This document shows, piece after piece, positions 34,282 to 40,854 of a stretch of 61,871 bases of DNA. A program made the translations under genes and the position numbers. The stretch's first letter is position 1; each line of letters starts with the position of its first letter. The notes below the pieces were generated by a model. It made no database searches, was not told the DNA's origin, and saw nothing but the letters and a program-made list of their open reading frames with translations. Origin of the DNA: an uncultured Elusimicrobia bacterium (GTDB taxonomy: Bacteria > Elusimicrobiota > Elusimicrobia > UBA1565 > UBA9628); the NCBI GenBank assembly GCA_964358065.1, contig CAYHNV010000001.1, positions 1 to 61,871 of the forward strand, in the 5' to 3' direction.

Positions 34282-36903
34282 ATGGCTGACGCCCGCAAAG
34301 GGACCTTTAAGGAAACCCGTCTTGGCCCCGAGATCTTTGCCCACAAGGCGATCACCCTCTGGCTTCCCGTCCTTTATTTCCTAATTTCCTCGCTGTTCTT
34401 CCTGCGCACCTACGATTCCGCCCAGGTCAAGATCACGATGATGCAGATGGGCGGCGTGGGCCTGCTGACCTTATGGCTGTGCCGTCTGGTCTTGGCCGGA
34501 CGCCGGGCCCTCAACAAAGACGACCTGATCTGTCTTGCCCCGTTTCTGGCCTATCTGCTCGTCGGTATCCTGTCCTTCCTGCACGCTCCCTACCGCATGG
34601 CGAGCATGGACTTCTTCATCCGCCAGATGTTCTACATGCTCGTGGCTCTCATCGTCATCTACGAGCTCGACGAGGCCGCGGTCCACCATCTGTTCAAGTG
34701 GCTTATCTGGACGGCCTGGGTTGCCATCGGCTACGGCATGCTCCAGTTCATTGATACCCGGTGGTTTCCGCCCGGCGCCGGCAAAGGACTCGATCCCTTC
34801 GTGTGGCGGGGCGCCTTCGGTTCCCGTGTCTTCTCGACTTACGGCAACCCAAACTTCTACGGCGATTTCCTCGTCATCATGTTCCCCATCCTGCTGACCC
34901 AGTTCCTAAAGACCAGGCGCTGGAGCCTGGTGCCGCTCTTGGCCATGCTCCTGATCAGCCTCGTGGCGACCGGGACCAAGGGCGCCTGGCTTGGCTTCGC
35001 CATGGTCTGCGTTCTTTTCGGGGCCGCCTCCCTCGTCTACTTCAAGGAGTTCAGCCGCCCCTATCGGGCTCGGATCCTCGGCGTCGCCGCTTTCTGCGCC
35101 CTGGGCCTTATCGGCTACACGGCCAAGGACCTGCAGACGCGCGTCGTCTCGATCAACTTCCGCCTCTTCACCTGGGAGGCCGCCTGGGAGCTTATCCGCA
35201 CCCAGCCGCTGATCGGCTCCGGGGTCGGGGCCTTCCCGCCTCTCTACCCCGCTTTCCGTCGTCCTTCGATCTTCCACATCGAAGGCAAGCATAACACCGA
35301 GACCGACCACGCCGAGAACGAGTACATCGAACAACTCCTCGACAACGGCATCATCGGCTTCGGCATCTTCCTGTGGCTCATTGTCAGCACCCTCTTCATC
35401 GGCTGCAGGTCCCTGGGGCAGTTGACCACCTCCCTGGCGCTCAAGGACGGCCGCCCGCCGCCTCGCGCTTATGACCTGACGGGACTGCTCGTTTCCTTCT
35501 GCGGGATGCTCGGACACAACTTCTTCGACGTGAGCCTGCGCTTCGTGTCCTCGGGCGTCTACCTGGGGCTCTTGGCCGGCCTCATCGTCAACGTGGCCCG
35601 CGGCCGAGCCCTGTACGAGCGCCATAGCGTCCCGGACGCGCTTTCTTCCGCCCAGGCGGCCTCCGCGGAACCTTCGATCTGGCGGACTCTCTCGGAGTTC
35701 ATCCTCTGGCCCGCGCGGCTGGCCGCGCTCGGCGGCGTCCTCTATTGCGCTTTCCTGATGGATTGGGGCCGTCTTGGGCGCCTGATCGGTTTCGGCGGTT
35801 TCTTCGGCGATTTCGCGGCCCTGCTGGGGCCGCTCTCCCGCGTATCGCCCAACGGCGACCTCCTGCAGTGGTGGGCGGCCTGGGGGGTCTTCGCGGGCTG
35901 CATGTTCAGCCTCGGTTATGCCGTCCTCCGTCTCTGCTTCATGTCCGAGAACCCCGTGATCTCGCTGCTGGTCCTGGCCATGCTCGCCCCCTTAAACCTC
36001 TTTTGGGGCTACTTCAAGGCCGACATCCATCATAATGTCGCCATCTATTTCTCGAAGGCGCGCAATTGGGACGCGGCCGTGGCCAACTACCTCATCGTCA
36101 ATAAGCTCAACCGCGACTTTGTCATGGCGAAGTACTTCCTGGGGAACGTCTTTAACGACCGCTTCAACATGACGAAGGTCTACAACCCGAACTGGGGAGA
36201 CAAGGACGACGTTGCGATGGATGACTACGAGCGCGCCTTATACTGGTACAACGAGGTCCGGCGCCTGTCTCCGAACTATGTCCAGATGCATCACCAGGTC
36301 GGCAATCTCCACCTGCGGCGCGCCCAGTGGGCCACGGACAACAAGCGTCCGGAGGAAGCCGCGAAGTACCTGGACCTGGCGGTCAATCGCTACCGCCTCT
36401 ACCAGGCGATAGACCCCGTCTTCGCGCCCAACTACTACCGCATGGGCCAGCTCTATATGATGCGCCAGCAGTACGACGAGGCGACCAAGGTCTACGAGGA
36501 TCTGATCAATGCTCCGCAGTGCGAAGTGGCCGACTCGATCCTTTCAAAAAACATCCTGCGCGGCACCATCCTGTCCTACCAGCAGTACGTTCTGGAGGAC
36601 GGGCGCTGGGCCCATCGCCACGCCATCCCGCGAGAACCGCACATCCGAGAGGGCGCTGAGGCCTACACGAGCCTGGCCAACGCCCATTTCATGGCGGGCC
36701 GTCTCGAGGAGTCCGAAAAGTTCTACAAGAAGGCCCTGTCTTTCGACCCGGCTTTCGAACAGGCCAAGCGCAACCTCGAAGTGGCCTATCGGAAGGCTCA
36801 GTCGGAAGGTCGTCTGAAACAACTGCCTCCGCCCGCCAAGCTGCCGGGTCCCGGGGAGAGTCCCTTCACCGGCTATGAAGTCGCTCCAAAACCTAGGAAG
36901 TAG
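34282..36903 (+). CDS. O-antigen ligase/polymerase-like (Wzy_C domain) membrane protein with C-terminal TPR repeats
   Basis: The N-terminal half has more than 10 TM segments. The HNTETDHAENEYIEQLLDNGIIGFGIF loop is a Wzy_C-type H..N.Y...L.e.G motif. The C-terminal roughly 300 aa are TPR-like (YERALYWYNEVRRLSPNY, YDEATKVYEDLI, LEESEKFYKKALSFDPAF). Confidence 0.8.
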   Translation: MADARKGTFKETRLGPEIFAHKAITLWLPVLYFLISSLFFLRTYDSAQVKITMMQMGGVGLLTLWLCRLVLAGRRALNKDDLICLAPFLAYLLVGILSFLHAPYRMASMDFFIRQMFYMLVALIVIYELDEAAVHHLFKWLIWTAWVAIGYGMLQFIDTRWFPPGAGKGLDPFVWRGAFGSRVFSTYGNPNFYGDFLVIMFPILLTQFLKTRRWSLVPLLAMLLISLVATGTKGAWLGFAMVCVLFGAASLVYFKEFSRPYRARILGVAAFCALGLIGYTAKDLQTRVVSINFRLFTWEAAWELIRTQPLIGSGVGAFPPLYPAFRRPSIFHIEGKHNTETDHAENEYIEQLLDNGIIGFGIFLWLIVSTLFIGCRSLGQLTTSLALKDGRPPPRAYDLTGLLVSFCGMLGHNFFDVSLRFVSSGVYLGLLAGLIVNVARGRALYERHSVPDALSSAQAASAEPSIWRTLSEFILWPARLAALGGVLYCAFLMDWGRLGRLIGFGGFFGDFAALLGPLSRVSPNGDLLQWWAAWGVFAGCMFSLGYAVLRLCFMSENPVISLLVLAMLAPLNLFWGYFKADIHHNVAIYFSKARNWDAAVANYLIVNKLNRDFVMAKYFLGNVFNDRFNMTKVYNPNWGDKDDVAMDDYERALYWYNEVRRLSPNYVQMHHQVGNLHLRRAQWATDNKRPEEAAKYLDLAVNRYRLYQAIDPVFAPNYYRMGQLYMMRQQYDEATKVYEDLINAPQCEVADSILSKNILRGTILSYQQYVLEDGRWAHRHAIPREPHIREGAEAYTSLANAHFMAGRLEESEKFYKKALSFDPAFEQAKRNLEVAYRKAQSEGRLKQLPPPAKLPGPGESPFTGYEVAPKPRK

Positions 36904-38148
36904 CGCCGCAACGCTTGCCTTGGGAGCGCTCCTTTGCGCGGGAGCCGCCGTCGCCGAGCCCCTGGGCAGCGAGCCTGTCCCCCCAAACCGCATCTTTCGT
37001 GCGCTTGAAGCAGAGATGGCGCGCAGCCTCAGGTTTCTCAAGCAAGATCGCTTCGGCCCGCCCTATTTCCTGGCCTACCGGCTCCATGACGCGCGCCGCT
37101 ACGATGTTACGGCCTCTCTCGGCGCCATCGTCGGAAACGAGGACGCCGATTACCGCCTCGCCTACGCGGAGGCGCGCTACGGCGGCCGCGACATCGACAA
37201 TACGGACCTTAACTATCAGGGAGCCGCCTCCAGCGCGCCCTCGGACCCGGAGGTCCTGCGTCAGACCTTCTGGCAGTTGACCGATACGGTCTACAAGGGC
37301 GCTCTCTCCGGCTGGCTTGAGAAGAAGGCCAAACGCGCCACGGAACTCATCACGGATCCGCTCGACGACTTCACGCTTGAAGCCTCCACGGTCGCCGTCG
37401 CGGTCCCGACTTCTCCCGTTTACGACGGCCGCAAGCTCCGGGCCTTGGTTCTGCGTTTGAGCGATGTCTTCCGCGCCTATCCCGATATCCAGGAATCCAA
37501 CGCCTCGGCGACCGTTTCCTGGGCGCGCCGCTCCACGGCTCTTATGACTTCGACTCCGAAGGCTCGCCTTCTCGTCGGACGACCCTCGTGTCGCGCGGAC
37601 TGCTGCGCGAGTTTCTGATGTCGCGCTGGCCGGTAAAGGGATTTGCGCGGACGAACGGCCACGGACGCTCCGATGGGAGGTCTCATCCCACGGGCCGCAT
37701 GGCCAATCTGATCGTCTCGGCGGAGGGCGCGGTCCCGCTCGCGCGGCTGGAAGATCGCCTGCTTGAGCTGACGCGCCTTGCCGGCAAGCCCTATGGGTTT
37801 CTCCTCGTGGGGGCATTCGGCGGGGAGAACCCCACGACGCGCGACTCGGCGCAGACCCTGGAGGTGCGGCCGCGGCTGGTCTATCGCGTGGACGCCAAGA
37901 CCGGCGCGAAGACCCTCGTGCGCGGCGTCAAGCTTGTCGGCACTCCGATTGTGGTCCTTAACCGCATCGTGGCGGCCGGCGACGACATGAGGATCTCGAA
38001 CGGCTTCTCGTGCGGCGCCGAGTCAGGCTGGGTTCCGGTCAGCCAGACCGCGCCGAGCCTGCTCTTCTCCGAAGTCGAACTCCAGCGTCTGCCCGAGGAC
38101 CGTTCGCGGCCGCCGATCCTGCCTTCTCCGCTCCATGACCCTCGCTAG
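36875..38148 (+). pseudogene. Secreted TldD/PmbA-fold protein, disrupted copy (internal deletion plus frameshift near 37530)
   Basis: ORF 36875-37618 has a signal peptide (MKSLQNLGSSAATLALGALLCAGAAVA) and parallels the N-terminal third of gene 38135-39781. A second frame (track ORF 37588-38148, open from further upstream) reads GSYDFDSEGSPSRRTTLVSRGLLREFLMSRWPVKGFARTNGHGR... and parallels the paralog's C-terminal third (GRYEYDDQGVPARRTVLVERGVLKGFLLSRYPVKGFVRSNGHGRG). The middle, about 150 aa, is missing, and the two halves are out of frame. Confidence 0.5.
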
Positions 38149-39781
38149 CATCCTCGTCCTCCTCTTGTCGCCCGTCGCGGCCGCCCCGGCCGCCGACGAG
38201 GCGCTCGAGCGCGCCGTCGCGACGGAGCTGGGGCGGGCCAAGCAGGAGCTGAAGGACGATGGTTATCCCCCGGTCTATCACGCCGCGCTGAATCTTTGGG
38301 ACTTCGACGATTGGGACCGTTGGGGGGCCATGGGGGCCACGCGGGCCGAGGCCACGATGAGTCAACGCATTCTTCTTCCGGATATTCGCGTGGGCGGGCC
38401 CGAACTTGACAATCATCCCGTCACTGCGAAGACGGAATATCTCGGAATCGCCGTTTCCCTGGAGAGCGACGAGTTCGCCTTGCGCCACGCGCTGTGGCGC
38501 GCGCTTGACGGCGCCTATAAGACGGCTTCCGCGGACTACCTGCGCAAGCAGGCTCAGGTGGTCACGCGCGGCAAGGCCGAGTACGACACCGATGATTTGT
38601 CCGCCGAGGCCGCGCTCGCGTGCCGGGCTTCTCGTCCGGCCTCGTCTTGGGACTTGGACCGCCTGCGTCGGCTCGAGGACGCGATTTCCGGTCCGTTTTC
38701 GCGGGTTCCGTGGCTTCTGCACGCGGAGTCGCATGTCGGCCTGCGCCGCCTCTGGACGCGGCGCCGCGACACCGACGGCACGGCGGTGGACAAGGCGGAG
38801 GACTGGGCGCGCGTGGACATGGAGGCCGCGGCGCTGTCCGCGGACGGCCTGCGCCAGAGCGTCTACCGCGAGTTCTACGCCCGCACGCCCGCCGATCTTC
38901 CCTCGGAGGGCACGGTCCGCGCGGCGGCCGACGACATGCTCAAGGACTTGGGCGAGATGCGCGCGGCGGTCACGACCTCACCTTTCAACGCTCCGGCGCT
39001 GGTGGACCCCTCGGTCGCGGCGGCCCTGGTCTTCGCCCTCGGCCAGCGCCTGTCTGGAGAGGAGCAGCGCAACCCCGCCGGCGCGCAGACTTTCCGAGGC
39101 CGGCTCATGGAGAAGATCCTGCCGGAGGAGTTGACGCTCGTCGACGATCCGACGCGGAACGCTTTCCGCGGCCGCGCTCTCTTCGGGCGCTACGAGTACG
39201 ACGACCAGGGCGTGCCCGCCCGTCGCACGGTGCTCGTGGAGCGCGGCGTGCTCAAGGGCTTCCTGCTGTCGCGCTATCCCGTGAAAGGCTTCGTTCGCTC
39301 CAACGGCCACGGCCGCGGTCCCATCGGGCAGATGCCTGTCGGTACGCCCGGCAACCTTTTCCTGAGCTCCGAGCGGCCGCGTTCCGCCGCCGACCTCCTG
39401 GCGCGCCTGCGCGCCGAGTGCCGCCGCGCGGGCAAGTCCCACGGCCTTTGGGTGCGCAAGCTGCGCGCGTATGTCCAGCAGCAGAGCGGCAGCGCCCAGG
39501 GCTCGATCCGTTTCCTGGCGCAGGTCTTCCTTGTCGACGCGGAGAGCGGCAAGACACTGCGGGTGCGCGATCTGGACTTGGTCGGCACGCCCTTGGTGAT
39601 GGCCGGCGGCATCCTGGAGGCCGGCGCGGACGCGGAGGTCAACGAGGCCTACCAGGGGTCTCCCGTGGCGGTGGTCTCGCCGAGCCTCCTGCTCGCAGAC
39701 GTCGAGCTCCAACGCTCGCAGACCAAGCCCGAGAAAGCCCCCCTCCTGCCTCCGCCCACAGCGCCTCCCGTGCGGCCGTGA
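38135..39781 (+). CDS. Secreted TldD/PmbA-family (metallopeptidase-fold) protein lacking an HExxxH motif
   Basis: Signal-like N-terminus MTLASILVLLLSPVAAAPAADE. The C-terminal family-like block reads YEYDDQGVPARRTVLVERGVLKGFLLSRYPVKGFVRSNGHGRG...PGNLFL...VGTPLVM. No HE dipeptide occurs anywhere in the translation. Confidence 0.65.
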   Translation: MTLASILVLLLSPVAAAPAADEALERAVATELGRAKQELKDDGYPPVYHAALNLWDFDDWDRWGAMGATRAEATMSQRILLPDIRVGGPELDNHPVTAKTEYLGIAVSLESDEFALRHALWRALDGAYKTASADYLRKQAQVVTRGKAEYDTDDLSAEAALACRASRPASSWDLDRLRRLEDAISGPFSRVPWLLHAESHVGLRRLWTRRRDTDGTAVDKAEDWARVDMEAAALSADGLRQSVYREFYARTPADLPSEGTVRAAADDMLKDLGEMRAAVTTSPFNAPALVDPSVAAALVFALGQRLSGEEQRNPAGAQTFRGRLMEKILPEELTLVDDPTRNAFRGRALFGRYEYDDQGVPARRTVLVERGVLKGFLLSRYPVKGFVRSNGHGRGPIGQMPVGTPGNLFLSSERPRSAADLLARLRAECRRAGKSHGLWVRKLRAYVQQQSGSAQGSIRFLAQVFLVDAESGKTLRVRDLDLVGTPLVMAGGILEAGADAEVNEAYQGSPVAVVSPSLLLADVELQRSQTKPEKAPLLPPPTAPPVRP

Positions 39782-39800
39782 AACGGGCTGGCGGCCCAAC

Positions 39801-39829
39801 TTGACGCCGGGCGCCAATGCGGATAGACT
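39801..39829 (+). promoter_or_regulatory. Putative sigma70-like promoter (TTGACG-N17-TAGACT) for the GT2/radical-SAM genes
   Basis: TTGACG at 39801-39806, a 17-nt spacer, then TAGACT at 39824-39829. The ATG at 39840 has no Shine-Dalgarno sequence, which implies a very short leader or a leaderless mRNA. Confidence 0.3.
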
Positions 39830-39839
39830 TCCATCTGTT

Positions 39840-40853
39840 ATGACGAGCGCGGAACCACTTTTTTCCATCATTGTCCCGACCTACAACCGCGCCCGCATGC
39901 TGCCCGGCGCGTTGCAGACGGTCAAGGACCAGACCTGCGCAGACTACGAGGTCCTGATCGTCGACGACGGCTCGACCGACGACACCGCCCGCGTGATGCA
40001 GGACTGGGTCAAGGATTCACGCTTCAAGTATCGCCGCCTTGAGAAGAACATCGGCAACATGGCCTGCCGCAACCTGGCCCTGGGCATGGCGGGCGGCAGA
40101 TGGATCACGAATATCGACTCCGATGATTACTGGCTTCCCGAACGCTTGCAGGAGTTCGCTCATTTCATCAAGACGCGTCCCCAGGTCGGCTTTCTGTTCT
40201 CCAACGGATACCTCTACCGCTACGGCCGCATCATCGGCATGGCCTTCGATCCGGCGCGCCCCATCGCCGAGGGGAAGGTTCCCGGACACTACGCCGTTGG
40301 CGAGGAGTTCCTTCCGTACCTGACGACCAACCTCGCCATCCCCCGCGCGCTGTACCAGAAGTACGGACACTATCGCAAGGACATGATCATCCTCGACAAC
40401 GAGCTGTACGCCCGCATGCTCGCCGACGGCGTCGAGGTGGGCGTGATTCGCCGGCCCCTCGCGGTCCGGCGCATCCACGGCGGGCAGGTCACGCACAAGT
40501 GGATTGAGGAGTATCCCGAGGCGGTGGAGGCGCTGAAGGCCGGCGGCGCACCGCCCGAGGTTTTTGCCGCCGAGAAGATCAAGCTCGTGCTGGAGGTCGC
40601 CAAATACCTCTGGCGCAACATCCAACCCCGGAAGGCCCGCGAGTTCATGGAGAAGGAACTGGGGTCCGCCGCCCAGGGGCACTCACTCTATCTCAAGACC
40701 TTCCTGCCTGCTTCGGTCCTGAGCCTGGCCAAAACCCTGCGTCAAGGCGGTCTGATGCTGCGGCATCACCCCCTCTGGGCGTCCGAGGATGAGCAACGAG
40801 TCTACCGGATCATCAACCCGCTGATTGCGCGGGAGACGGCGCCCAGGTCCTAG
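39840..40853 (+). CDS. GT2-family glycosyltransferase
   Basis: ATG 39840 (MTSAEPLFSIIVPTYNRARML). Motifs are LIVDDGSTDDT and NIDSDDYW (DxD). Confidence 0.85.
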   Translation: MTSAEPLFSIIVPTYNRARMLPGALQTVKDQTCADYEVLIVDDGSTDDTARVMQDWVKDSRFKYRRLEKNIGNMACRNLALGMAGGRWITNIDSDDYWLPERLQEFAHFIKTRPQVGFLFSNGYLYRYGRIIGMAFDPARPIAEGKVPGHYAVGEEFLPYLTTNLAIPRALYQKYGHYRKDMIILDNELYARMLADGVEVGVIRRPLAVRRIHGGQVTHKWIEEYPEAVEALKAGGAPPEVFAAEKIKLVLEVAKYLWRNIQPRKAREFMEKELGSAAQGHSLYLKTFLPASVLSLAKTLRQGGLMLRHHPLWASEDEQRVYRIINPLIARETAPRS

Positions 40854-40854
40854 C

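Noticed and set aside
38620-39804. 394-aa same-strand alternative-frame ORF inside the TldD/PmbA-like gene
   Set aside because: It is an Arg/Gly/Pro-rich off-frame product. The annotated frame has family motifs and a signal peptide.
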